NCBI GenBank assembly: GCA_040437565.1
Contig: JBDOQK010000029.1
Span: 62,001 to 126,000, forward strand
Direction of reading: 5' to 3'
DNA: 64,000 nt
Source: Albugo candida
Lineage: Eukaryota
Position 1 is the stretch's first letter. Every line of letters begins with the position of its first letter. Made by a program: the position numbers and the translations under genes. The notes below the pieces were generated by a model. It was given only the letters and a program-made list of their open reading frames with translations, was not told where the DNA came from and searched no databases. Shown here piece after piece: positions 49,182-62,554 of this stretch.

Positions 49182-52100
49182 TTATGAGCTGACTCGATTA
49201 CGCTCACTTCTCAAAATTACGAGAATTTCTTCCAAAAGCCTCATTTGCTGACGATTTAACATGACATTTTCATGCGTGATCAGCCTCAATTCGTCCAAAG
49301 TCAAATGAAGAAGATAAATCATGCAGAAGATAACGAGAGTTCCAATTACATGGAAGATCTTCTGTGTAAGCATTTTGTAGCCGGCCAACGCAAAACCCGT
49401 CATTAACTCCCGATATGTCATCGAGCCTTCTGGCTTGGCATGTTTGGCTCTAATTGGTTGCGGGTCTACTTTTTTGGGAGAGATTTGCTTGGTCTGTGCA
49501 AGTTCTCGATCATTGTTCGCTGTCGTCCCAACTTTAGCCACTGCTTCAGCCGCTTCGGCCCAAACTTCTACAAATTCTTTAGCTTCGGACAAAACGGACG
49601 CCTCGATCTACAAATATGCCGCTGAGACGTCGCTGTACATTATCAGATCGTGAACGCACCTGCTTTTTTAGCCAGGTATTCTTATGCCAATGCACTCGAA
49701 CACCCACTTTCATGCTTGTGAGATTATTGGCCAGAGCATCATACACCCATCGATTTTCCACCTGAAAGTAATCATGATACGGAACTGATTCTACTTTAGA
49801 GGTAATGCTGATAATCAAGCGCCTTCCTGGAATCCAATGAGCTCGATGACTTTGGACAGTTGGAATTGAATTGGGGCCGATAATATACTTTTTGTTATGC
49901 AAATACGTGACCGTCCGCATCGCATGGAAAATCTCGGCTTCTAAATGGCTGTCTCGGAACGGTGCTCGATATGGATGATTGCCATGTTCCCACTCCCCAA
50001 CTTTGACGTTCAACTCGTTTTCTTCGATCAAAGCACGGTTGTAAAAATCGTTCTCTTTGACCCAAAGGGTAGAGTACACAAACTCGAGACTACCACCATA
50101 TTAAATATCAATCCAAATCTTGCAAGCTCGAAACGATGTACAAACCTGGCAAGGAGATTTCTTTCCGAGATCACCTTGTATTCATCCATAAGAGTATCTG
50201 CTTCCAATGGATCTGCATCCCATGTGCCTGAAAGAGCCTGGTTAGTAGAACTGAGCTCGCTTTGAAGTTTGCGATCCTCTTTTAGTGAATGGTCAAGTAG
50301 CATCTGATCTTGTATATCGCATTGAGCCGTACTTGGAGAATTCCTTTCTGCCATAACAGCGGCCGTTCCTGTCGTGATCGTGTAGAGTAGCTGTATATGA
50401 TTGAAGCATTCATCCCTTGTATGCAAATATCACGTTACTATTTCATTGACACACTACAAAGGATACGAACCGAAAAACGAAAGACGCAAAGAAAGCCTTC
50501 TGGTCATCCTTTGTGAAAATCTGTTCACTGATATGAGAACACTGTAATTATGAGATGGAGATTTCATACCTCAATAGCGTTTGGCACAATGATCGCCGTA
50601 TTTTTCTTTTCCACAGATTTGATTTCCAAATATGAGATGACCTGCGAGCATTCGTTTAAGAACAAAGAGGAGACCCTGATGCTGAAGTTGACGTACAAAG
50701 TGAGCGTCTCGCCATCCACTGAAGCAGATGTGATCCTTGGTCAAATACATTCGCCCATGGCACGGGAAGTTTCCAAGATATAAGGCACATGAGTAGCTAT
50801 CCAGAACTTGTTCAGGTGCAGCCAGCTTTGAGAAAGAATTAGAAACGAAACGAGTAAAGGATGAAAGAAGAGCTTACATGGAATCTTTTTTGAACATCGA
50901 GTGCTGCGATACCCTTCAGCTCATAATCGGTACCCCGGGAGATGTTGTCGAGATAGGTGTCTGCCTCCAAACTTGGCTTTCTCGTGTAGCTACTTTCTGT
51001 GTGAATCGGATCTTTGACGGCTGCATCATCAAGTCCTGCCTCATTTTTAGCTTGCAAACTCGTTTGATCTTCTTCCAATTTTGTATTTAACGAGTCGCGG
51101 CCATCTCGATATTCCTTCAGACAATCCCTCATAAGCGCATTGTCACACAACGATGCCACGATTCGTCCATCGAGATTGCTTGGTACTAGAAGATTTTCAG
51201 TACTTTTTTCTGAGAGAACTCGTTTCAAGTTTTCTATGAATGTTGTCAGCACAAAAATGTATCTTTCCGAGAAATCCTCATACGCATTGGCAAAGGACAT
51301 TTGTATGCACGTCACAATCTAGACAGCCATTTTCAAGTGAATAAAGTGGAGTTAGGAGCTACACACTTGCCTGATAACAGTGTTCCTCATTGCTATGGGC
51401 TTTCCGTGTAAGTCGATTGATTTCCTACGAAAACATTAGATCAACATGAACACACTTGGTGTCAAGCCAGCCAAACCTGTGAGGTTCTTTGTTCTTTTGT
51501 GATGAAATTCTTCTTTGTAGTGAGTACTTGTTGTTGTAAAAGGGCAACGTCACCAGCTAAAGAGCACAAGTCCTTTGACGTGCGCTTATCATCCGATGGA
51601 ATCATTTTCCTTTCTCGATTAAGAAAATACTCGAGTACTTTTGTGATATCAGAAGCCGATGGAGAGGATGAGAGCTCAAGATCCTCTAAGCTCAGGGATG
51701 ATTTCAGTACAGGGACAAAATCCTGAGTGGTTGATTTCCTTCGTTCACGCAATGCTTTATATTGTCCAATCTCCTGACTGATCTCTCGATGAAGTTTATC
51801 CAGGGCAGTTTCCAGTGAGCAAGCCTCATTGCTATAATCATGTTTCGAATTGACAAGATCCCAGATAATCGATTCTGATAAAGTGAGCCGGAAATCCTGA
51901 ACATATGAAGAGGTTGATATCACGGAAGAACTTCAATTCAGCTATAGATCCTACCATTAGTACCTCCCTCCAGCCTCGTAAATAGGACAAAACGAGACCA
52001 TTCAAGCCTGACTGATACTGGTCTTTTGGCCATCTGGGTGCAGCAGACTCGCTAGAGCGTGAACTGGATAAAAGTGTGCGATTCACAGTGTCGTTTGGTG

Positions 52101-53482
52101 AGTCATTAGAGCCATACATCGGGTGTGACATCTTCTCGGCAACATCATCCAACGATTTGCTGCTTCGAGTATTTACAGCATTACACTGCCTCAAGGTGTT
52201 AAGAAGTAATTCAAGTTGGCCTCTACTCTGCACTGAAAGCTGTTGCGCCTGCTGAATGCTCCAAAGAAGAGCATTCGTGCACAAGTCCAATTGCTGCTCA
52301 TCTTCCACTAGCTGTTGAAGATTGTTGTCATCCTCTTTATCATTCTGTGTCGACTCATATGATTTCGGTCGGGTTGAGGTGTGAATAGTGTCAGAATCTG
52401 ATTCAGTATCAAGGTTATAATGCACGCCTTCGCGAATTTCCTTCAGCAAATGATTACTGATAATGGCCACTTGTTCCTTTATTTGGATAGCTTGCTTCAG
52501 GACGTCCTGACTGTTTGGCAAAAAAATATTTTCCATAAATTCTTGATTCTCTTTCTTCAGATTATTGAAAGACGTATTCTTTCGTTGGAAGTCAAAGTTG
52601 AGAGCAGATAATTCTGAATTAAAAAATTGCACCGACTGCAAATAATTTTTTTCAGCCATCAGAACGTTCTGGATAAGCTTATCCACTTCCTCCTCTTGCT
52701 TCTTTGTCGCGCTTTTTGCAGCATTTTTCGACAAGGAAGCTACTTGTTCTCCACTATTCATCTCGAAAGTGGCTTTGTCGGACGAATGGAATGGGCCGAC
52801 GATCTCTACCGATGAATTTTCGTCTGTGCTGACGCCCGCAGAGACAGAATGATTCGATTTCATGTCTAGGAAATGCGTCAAATCGGAGCAAGCCCGATCA
52901 TATTCTACTTTTGCATCTTTGACCGACGATCGTATCTGTTTGATAAAATCTTGCAGTGCCTTGATCTCTATTAGAAACAGCTGTCTATAGTTGAAGTCAG
53001 CCATTCTGGCTCAAGTAAAGCCTTACTTACCAGCTAAAAGACAGAATAAGTGATGTTTTTGGTGTTTTTTGAAATCTAAGATTCTTTTTCTCAAGTCATC
53101 ATGATAGTCCTGTGAGACAAATGATACGGTTGACGCCAAAGAATTGAATAGATGATTCAGTTCGGTCCACGATGGCATGAAACGTGGACTCCATTCTAGA
53201 GTGGCCAACTCCCTACAACGTAAATTGTTAACGTCATTATTCATACCCTTTGTTGCAGTTTTACTTGAAAATCTTGCTAAAGCTTGCTCCTTGATCTGCG
53301 TGGATTTCGAGATGCTCACACACATAATCTGAAATGAGAAGACAATGGCTTAGTTCTACGCTGGCTTTGGAATTCAATAATTTTAAGGAATCAATCGTGT
53401 CGATCGTAGCGGTATGAAATGGTTTATCTTCAATCGCAGACGATGGTAGAGGATCGATGCTCGATGAGGCTAGATTTTTCAT
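49182..53482 (-). CDS. GRAM + VASt/StARkin lipid transfer protein (LAM/Aster-like) with a long N-terminal coiled-coil, F-BAR-like region and a C-terminal TM helix; multi-exon
   Basis: GRAM: EQVLDSYSCALY..HGRMYLTKDHICF, KKNTAIIVPNAIE, FFASFVFR/DECF. VASt: VGEW, RTVTY, VPYHDYFQVENRW, KNTWLKKQ. TM: IFHVIGTLVIFCMIYLL. Confidence 0.82.
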
Positions 53483-53581
53483 TATTATATCATAATCTAA
53501 TCGAGTATAATTCAGTAAATTATATGGGTTCCACAGTAAACAAGCACAAAAAACAAGCGATAATAATGTCTTGTAATGAAA

Positions 53582-56225
53582 TCAGTTGTCCGATGCACAA
53601 AGTCGGGGATCATTGTGCAAGCGTCGATCCATCTCCGCATACTTGTGCAGTGCATTTTCTTCGTGCTTTGCAAGCCGCTGCTCCAGTATCTGAATTCGAA
53701 ACATTGTTTCGGTGCAGTATTGCTTGTATTCCTCATCTTTGACCTCATCGTGATCTCTTTGGCTACGTTGAAATACAGCTTGTCGCTTCGCAAGTTGCAT
53801 GTTCTCGTTATCGATTCTACTCTGGATGATGTTTGCTCGCTCCAGAAGCCTCTCTTTCAAATTCTTTAGACACGTATCCCGCACGCCTTGTGAAGTCTCT
53901 TTGGAAAGTCCATCCTCGGTGAATTGAACACCCTGGAGGAATGGAGAGAGATAGTCAACTTCTTGCATAGTCTACGATGGAATTAAAAGGATGGTTAATA
54001 TACAATCAAATACAACGAAACATGACATTACATCGCTTTCAGCTTCGTTTGTATCTTCTTTTATGAGATTGGACTGGTCGGAATAGACTTTGCTGAAAAC
54101 ATCCATCTCGAGCGTGATTTCTGCTTCCTCCTTTTTGCGAGTTTTGATAATCTCCTGACTTTCGAGTGCAGACTGGCGTACAGCGATAAAGCATTCTTTC
54201 TCTTTCTAAATGTCACTGAAATTCAGACTAGGAACATATGAAGCAGTAGCAATTATAGCGGCGCACCATTTTCTGAGATGCTGATTCAGTTTCTAAAATC
54301 GAAGCTTTTGGTCTTTTATCGGTCGGATCTGCCAAAACGACTTCAACCGCAAGATTTGGATTTTTGAAGTATGTTCGAGATCCTGCGGTTATTTTTCCAT
54401 CCCGATAATGGTACGAGACAATTATGATTCCTTTCTGCACATTGAACACTCGCTTCCGAATATCCTCGTTGGCTTCAATGTCTGGATTCCTCGCATACTT
54501 TTCAACCATTTTCGTGATAAAAAGCTCTCCACTTGAGCCTTCTGAGAGTATGTATGGATTTTTCCAGTCGACCTTATCACTCTCTTTGGCGAATTTTGCA
54601 GATCGGCGTATCAGGAAATCATCACGTTGTTCATACCATTCAATATATTTCTTTTGAAAGAGCTCGACCCGCTTCACGAGACCATCCATCCTCGATTTTC
54701 TGTAATAATACATCTCCCGACGAGAACCTGCCCATTCTAAACGAGATTTGAGTGCGTCAGGACGGGCAGGGCAAAAATATTCTTCATAACGATTCTCCAG
54801 TTGAAAACGTCGGCGTAAAAGTAATTTATCTTTGCGGTTTTTGAAGTACTCACGTATTTCATATGCTAGAAAGCAGCTTTTATCGTAGTATATCGATAAT
54901 CTGGTTACGATTCCCTGTTCGTGTGTGTTCTCGGTGAACTCATCTAGCTTTGAGTGATCAAAAAGGGTGACTTGTCGATAATCTTTAACAAATATAGTGT
55001 TGTAGGCTTTTCGATCGATCTCTAGTGGCTGAACCCATGAACATGGGACTTCAAGAAAAACAATATCATTGCTACTTTCGGATGCTACGGTGACGGCTTC
55101 CGTTTCTTTGGCCTCATTATTACTGGTTTGAGAACGATCCTGATGTAATGTATCATCCTTTCCCAAATCGAAATTTGAGGCAGAAAGAAATACATACTCC
55201 CAGTCTTTGACGTTTGTGAGCTCGTACAAGGTTGTCTCAACAGGTTCTATCTGCATATTGACCCAATAATTTCTATCGTTCCATATACTCTCTATCACGT
55301 AGTATGGAGCACTGTTGATTGAATATGAGCGACCTATAGATGGCTCGATAAAGAAATGTTCAGCTATATCACGCTTTCCTGCTCGAACTAATACCCAGGC
55401 ATGCTCACGCTGCATGAGTTGTGGATCAGCGCTATCTGCCTCACTAATTCTCGTATTTTGGATATCATCTAAATCCCTTTTATATAGCACTCTCTGATCC
55501 TCTGTAAACATTTTACTCTTCTTGCTCATGTATTCGACCGTACCATCAACAATGGAAGCGATTTCCAGCTCACAAAAATCTTTACTGCAACCCAAGCGTT
55601 GATCCATTGCAAGTTTTGGAAATGGATTTTTGCTCTGATTCTTCAGGCAAATGTGTTTTTGGGCAATACCTCGCACAACGTATGCATCGTACCCCGCACC
55701 GATCAGAAATGATGCCAAAAGCGTCGCCAATTCATAACTATCCCCCACCTTATATTTTAAGGTGTAAGCTGGTGATGGGAGGATCTGTGGTGGTAAGCGC
55801 GCATCCGCGAGAGGCTCGTACTGTATCATCCCAGAAATGAATAGCGCTAGAGCGTTCCAGTCATATACTTCTGCATAGGGCAATAATGTTGGCCGTATAG
55901 TCGTACACACAAACTTTTTGATTCCTCTCTCGTTTAGAGGACACATGTACAGCGATTTTCTTGATGGATACATTTGCTCAAAATGGCCACAAAACTGATT
56001 CACGTATTCAAGGCACAGCTGCTCTTTGAGTGTGTTAGTTTTATAAGTCTCCGGAACGTCATCCAGCAGATCATTTTCAAGTCTATGTAATTTTGCATTC
56101 ACAACACCTTCAAACGTGAACTGCTTTTCTGAATTGCTTTGCTCTAACATGAAGTAAGTTTTCAAGCTCTCTTTGAACTTCTTCGTGTCGTCACATTCCT
56201 CTTTAGCTTCTGCTTGTTGCAACAT
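53582..56225 (-). CDS. DRC7: Dynein regulatory complex subunit 7 (CCDC135/FAP50), 3 exons
   Basis: NERGIKKFVCTTIRPTLLP, GDSYELATLLASFLIGAGYDAYVVRG, HAWVLV..GKR, YWVNMQ, SRMDGL, DYLSPFL, LKERLLERANIIQ, MFRIQILEQRL. Confidence 0.93.
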
Positions 56226-56442
56226 TAGATTTTTTATAAGAATAGCTCACGACGAAAGGGCGCAATTTTAGATTTCTAGAAACGTGCATAGGTTTGTGGC
56301 TTTGTCGTCATCGTTCAGCGAGCTTTCATATACATAAAGTTTTCGTAGAGCATCCGCATTTATTGGAACTCAGTTGAGATTCATGGTAGCTGGCGTTTCC
56401 TTTCTATTGCATTGTAGTAGAGCCATCTAAGCAGCACTAAAA

Positions 56443-59400
56443 ATGAACTTGAGAGCTGGATCTGATATCAGACCGCCAGATTGGTGTTCAGGTAATATTT
56501 TTCAAAAATCACCAAGCAAGGTACCTGCTCGGATGGCTAGGATAAAAATGCTTCAGTCTTCAATCAACGCAAAGAGTTATACAGGAATGAGCAGTGATAC
56601 CACTCTGAGTCGAAATCAAATTAGGTCGGAAGAATTGTCGGATAGATTATCGACTGGAGAGGATTTAAGGGAGCTATTAGGTCCTCTAGGAAGCCTTCGA
56701 GGGTCCAGATCTGCATTTCAGGATGCACTAATTGCTGATGACGGCCCGGTCATACTCGATGATAGGTACTACCGCCGAAACAGTGATCGTATTGCGGCAA
56801 ATTATACACCTACTGCAAAGGCATTGAATCTAGACATGATATCCGCTTTAATAAGAAGGGAAGCCATGTATCCCAAACAGTCCAGATCCCGCGAAAGCAA
56901 GCGTACTACCTCGCTAGGGCTGAAAGGTCAAAGTCGTGAAATGTTGAAAGTCGGTCCAGCATCACAGTCACAAGACCGCGATACAAACAGAAATTCTCGC
57001 GGTAAAGAAATTTCGACCGTCACGTCACCACCTATGAACTGTGAGAATGAGCTGAAACTGTATAATGATACCATGAGAGCTTATCGACAACACCTGAACA
57101 ATTACGTTATTCGAGCGCGGAAAAGCAAACTGACAAACTGCATACCGCAGAGCATTCTAAACAAAGTGAAAATTCCAATTGCTTACCAATTTGATCGAAA
57201 TCGAGATGTGTTGGAGTCGGTAAATGATCTAATGATCAATCACTTGTTCCAAGACGTTTTTGCGGATTACTTCGAAGCAGCAGCCCATTCGATGTTAAAC
57301 TATGATATTATGGACGTCTCAAAAGGTCTACAGATGAATATTAGTGCTTTTTATCTGAAAGCAAAGCAAAAGTGGTGGTACGATGAACGTTATTCATCTC
57401 ATGACTGGAAGATTTTACGGAAGACTGGAATTTGTCATGAAGAAGTACAAATTGCACGCGAGAATATGGTGCAAAAGCTTTACTCGATACACCCAGTGTT
57501 GTTGGCTCTACAAGAGCAATGGCTAACAGAAGAGTTACCGAGAGAATGGAGTCTCAAATTACATATCGATAAATATTCGCAAGATGTGAGACTCTCAAAT
57601 GGTGGTTTAGATTCCAGAGTCAGTGGTAAGCGGTTGACCGCCTCAAGTGTGCTGTTTGTAAATTTCTTAGATGAGGAATTTCTCACAGCCAATCCAAAAA
57701 CTTTTCAGCAATTTGTGGAGATATTTGCCGAAAGAATTGATGTGGCCAGAGATTTTGTTTCCAACTTTTGGCTAAAACAAACAGCCGAACGTCTTAAGCA
57801 GTGTATACATCAATTTGTAACTGTACCACCGCAAGGTAAAGCACCACAAGCATTTAACGATAGACAATATAGGAATCCTGAAGCGTGCAAAAGCAAGATT
57901 TTTTCACCGATTTCATGCATCACTCCCGATTCAAAATCTTTATATTCAGAGCTTTTGGACTCCATAGCCATTCTTATGTCCAGAAATATCCGTGAAAACG
58001 TACAGGCTTCGATCCAGGCATTTCTTTACTACTTTGAGCAATTCCTTGATCCAGAGTATCAAGGAGAAGCCGCTTTGCTCCTTTCTGTGGAACTTGACGC
58101 AAAACTTGTTGGCAGGGGAAAAGAATTTTGTAATGCCGATCAATTGAGCTGCTTTGTCATTGAACCCAGTTTACAGATGTTGCAAGATGAAATACGAAAT
58201 TGTATTTGCATGATCGTTCGTCTAGCTCACGATTTACCTCGAATTGATGATCGAGTGTTACCATCAGCAGGTATTCCGCGAAATGTCTTTCTTGGCCCAT
58301 GCACAATGCAAGTCGACGATGATATCGTCGAGAATGCAATAATGCGAATATCCGACATCTTTACTCAGCAAATGCATCAATTCGACAGAGTTTTGACAAA
58401 TCTCCATGGCAGCAACATGCTCTTTGACGGATCGTATGAGGCAAAAGCTGCTCAGTTGCTAGATGAACTTGACGAAGTTAAAGCATCAACCCTACAGTCC
58501 TTATATATGGCAGATTGTGAACTGAAGCAGCTTGCAAATTTATCAGCAGATTTTGATTCCAAAACCCACGACAAGTACACATTTGGCATTTTTGCTATCT
58601 CCTGTGTAGACGTAAAGCAAAAGATCTTATCTGCAGCACGGGATTATACAAAACGAATACTTGCAAAACTGGCAGCCGATAATAGTGCGGAAATGAATAG
58701 ATTATCACAAGAATTCGATGAGATCGCACAGAAGCTGGTATTAGAGCCCGTTGACTTTGATGAACTCAACGCTCTGGTCGGCTACTATGATCAGAGCCAA
58801 AACGCCATTCAATGTTTAGTTTCCAGATTCTACGATGACATCTGCCGGAGGATATATTTCTTAGAATGCCACGATTATGTGCTTTCCAGAGAAGACATTC
58901 ATTCTTTCCTCAATCTCCACCGGTGGCCTGAAGGTATCAGAGCTTTTCAGAGAAAAAGCATGGAGATGCAGGCGAGGCGAAAGCATGAACTTGAGATTAT
59001 CATGGAAGAGAGAAATGCACAACTCAGCTCGCATTGTCTAACTTTACAACATCGCATTGAGAAAATGCGAGAATATAACAACCTAAATGACGCCTCAACA
59101 TATCTCAAGCGGATAAGTGCGATGGAAAAGCTAATCAATGAAGTAGAACTTGAGGCAGACACTATCCGGCAACAAGGAAGTTTCTTGACAGATGATACAA
59201 ATTATAACCCACAATCTCTTATCGTAGGTCTTAAACAAATCTTAGCACCGATAGCAAAGTTGTGGAGCACAGTATCAGAAGCATTGGCCTTCATCCAGTC
59301 GAGTCGCGAAGCACGACTTCGTACAGCTCACGCGGATGACAATCAGCAGCATTGTATGGAGTATAAAAATAAACTAGTGAATATCATGGATGAGTTTCAG

Positions 59401-59575
59401 AAACATGAAGTCCATGCAACCGGTGTGTCTGTTGCACATGATCTAATGGGAATGCTTGATGAAGCGATGGAGAGTGTCACTGGTAGAGTACCAAACTAGT
59501 ACACTTCCGCCTACAATGAAAGCGGATGTGCCGCTTTTCATACAACATGACAAGAATTGTCTCGTACGCCATTAA
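56443..59575 (+). CDS. Axonemal inner-arm-type dynein heavy chain, N-terminal tail only; motor domain absent
   Basis: 1018-aa ORF with dynein-tail patterns (IEPSL..LPRIDD; FGIFAISC; EFDEI..EP..FDEL; LSREDI..WP; PIAKLW). It runs into VPLF...RH* where RHW is expected. Confidence 0.75.
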
Positions 59576-60696
59576 TTTTCACAGCTACTTTTTGTGGCAT
59601 TCAAGTAAAGGAAGAACTTGTTCATCAAATCGCTTGCGAAAACACGTTTGGTATCAGTTTCTATTGACCGGCTGATGCTCATNNNNNNNNNNNNNNNNNN
59701 NNNNNNNNNNNNNNNNNNNNNNNNNNNNNNNNNNNNNNNNNNNNNNNNNNNNNNNNNNNNNNNNNNNNNNNNNNNNNNNNNNTTCAGAAACATGAAGTCC
59801 ATGCAACCGGTGTGTCTGTTGCACATGATCTAATGGGAATGCTTGATGAAGCGATGGAGAGTGTCACTGGTAGAGTACCAAACTAGTACACTTCCGCCTA
59901 CAATGAAAGCGGATGTGCCGCTTTTCATACAACATGACAAGAATTGTCTCGTACGCCATTAATTTTCACAGCTACTTTTTGTGGCATTCAAGTAAAGGAA
60001 GAACTTGTTCATCAAATCGCTTGCGAAAACACGTTTGGTATCAGTTTCTATTGACCGGCTGATGCTCATTTCCATATGAAGATGTCCGAGGTGTTAGCGA
60101 TCAGCCACAAATGGTTTTCAGGAAATCAATGGACTTTTATTTGCACCTTGTCTTATCGCGGTCGAAGATGAACCGTGTCGCTTATGGCAAGGTCCAAAGT
60201 GCCTGATAAGTACTACTTCGACTAGATTCATGTATTTGTATCCATAATCGAGTCCAACAATTGCATCTTTTCTGTGAATTTCTGAGTAAGGCATGTGTCT
60301 TGCACGTGATATCGTACTTGCTTGTGTACACGCTTACAGCTTAGAAGTCAGCAATTGATTATCGAAACCACATCTCGAAATAGCAAATCGATTCAACCCT
60401 ATAAAACGAATCAGTGGATGCACAGTATATCAATCAAACCTCCCACACAGAGGAAAATTATCTGTGCACTGATCCCGTAATTCTATGATGTAATAGAACT
60501 TAAAAGCTGTACAGAAGCGCGTTCTGACAGCATAGCAAAATATATGCTGCTGCTTGATTTGTGATGTGAGGCCGCTTACATTAAAAGTACCGATCANNNN
60601 NNNNNNNNNNNNNNNNNNNNNNNNNNNNNNNNNNNNNNNNNNNNNNNNNNNNNNNNNNNNNNNNNNNNNNNNNNNNNNNNNNNNNNNNNNNNNNNN

Positions 60697-60850
60697 ATTA
60701 TCTGTGCACTGATCCCGTAATTCTATGATGTAATAGAACTTAAAAGCTGTACAGAAGCGCGTTCTGACAGCATAGCAAAATATATGCTGCTGCTTGATTT
60801 GTGATGTGAGGCCGCTTACATTAAAAGTACCGATCATCAGATTGCTGATC
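60697..60850 (-). mobile_element. Possible non-LTR retrotransposon AP-endonuclease N-terminal remnant
   Basis: LMIGTFNVSGLTSQIKQ resembles the L.IGTxNV.GL first motif of LINE APE domains. No further motifs seen. Confidence 0.35.
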
Positions 60851-61895
60851 GGTAGAAAAAACAATTACCATGGGTGAGCACAAACCAACAATTCTTGGGC
60901 GGGCGCCACCCTTACCTTCGAAAACAGCCTACTGCATGCAAATATTGTTCCAGCCAATCTCAGGAACAGAAGATAGTAGAATTAGTTCCTTTTTGTACCG
61001 TAGCGGCTTCCCACTAATCGCTAGAACAAGGTCATTGCGAAGTCCGAGCAGTATGCAAACGTTCTCTTACTCTTGACCCAATGGTACTCTCCACCAAGAC
61101 AAAATGACCGCTTCGTAGCGAGACCACAAGAACCTTGATCAATTTGACAAATTTGAAGTTTCTATATAGATATGGCGCGTACTTCAATTTATTCATATCG
61201 GCAGGGGTATATTCTTTTGTTATGAAATACCAGTTTGGATAAATAGAGATAACAAAAGTTGCTCCAGCTGCATGGATGAAAGGAAGGACTGGCGCAGTAG
61301 ACGACGGGGAACAAATGAAGCAAGCTATCGAAAGGACGTGTGTGGTCGACAAGGAAAGCGGAGTGACTATGCTTTCACTACCATTGTGCTGGGCACGAAG
61401 GACTTTGAGATCATGATTGCACACTGATCACTCACATCATCGATCACTTCCGTATCAGATAAGTCACGTTCCCGAAGATGTAACTGATCTGTCGTAATGT
61501 GACACGCAAAAAAAATTATTTCTGTTTGGCTTTTTTTGGGTCCTTCGCCTCTAGAATGTTTCGCGATCGTCTAGAATCAAGCCTTAGCCCGGACAATTCA
61601 GCGTGCAATGGCCACATGTGACTGATTCGGTCTGTGAAAATGGTCACCATCCGCAACTTGTCGTTGAGAAGATGCTTAATCGGCCCGTGCATGATATATC
61701 GGATGGACGCTGTGGAGACGCCCCTGAGAAACCACTGTTGAACAATATCTGACACGGAATGATGGCAGAAATCTTGGCGAAAAGCAATTTATTGGGCAGG
61801 TTTTCAGAGCAATTTTTGCCACAAAAGAAAGTTTTTTTTCGTAAAATGACTATATCTGCATTAACCTGCGTCTAAACAGCTTTTAATTAAATAAC

Positions 61896-62467
61896 GAAAC
61901 TGCTGCGGACACACCTAATTTTTACTACGGACACCCCCTAAAATAGAAATTACAAACATATCCCCTACCTTCGTACCACCATGTCCGCTGCTCTCAAGTC
62001 CGCTTCTAGCTGGTGGCAGTAACACCATAGAAAAAGCTAAATTTATTGTAAGCAAAGTAAAAGTAGCCTAGTAGGCAGGCAAAAAATCCAGCCACCATTG
62101 CCTTCCATTAATTTGCGCTCTTTGCTGATTCTAACGAGGCTTTATGTAAAGTCTGCAGTTTATGCGGCATATTGGCTCGAGTAACATGAGCTGGTAGTGC
62201 ACCTCCACCAATATCCCTCCCTTGCGCAGCTTCACAAACGTAGTAGGATGTAGAAATGCCACAGGAATTACCATCCACTTGCTTTCTGCAATTGTTTTAG
62301 GCGTTTAGGTGCGCAAAAATGACAGCATTGTCTGATCGTTTAGCCACATGTTCTCGCCAAGAAATGGTTGTATAGCTTCGCGTAGGTCTCGATTCTCCTC
62401 AGCAACATACGAAAGTAGGGGTATCTTTGTAATTTCTATTTTGAGGGATGGGTCCGCAGCAATTCCC
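61896..62467. mobile_element. Non-autonomous TIR DNA element (possibly Mutator-like) carrying Ulp1 protease remnants
   Basis: Imperfect ~55-bp inverted repeats at 61922-61975 and 62408-62464 (core aaatagaaattacaaa.ata.cccctac.ttcgta). Interior minus strand reads MWLNDQTM and KQVDGNSCGI. No TSD identified. Confidence 0.65.
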
Positions 62468-62554
62468 TGGAATAAAAGCCAAACTTTAAATCCTCTGCAG
62501 GGATGACTTCAAAACTACCAGTATAGCAACATAACTTATATTATCTACAATTAT

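Larger units (their letters stand above)
4303..60696. other. Eight 100-N scaffold gaps (starting 4303, 7839, 15163, 23658, 29517, 37247, 59683, 60597)
   Basis: Runs of n. Six gaps are flanked by exact direct duplications: 7568-7838, 22920-23657, 28052-29516, 35882-37246, 59396-59682 and 60457-60596. Confidence 0.97.
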
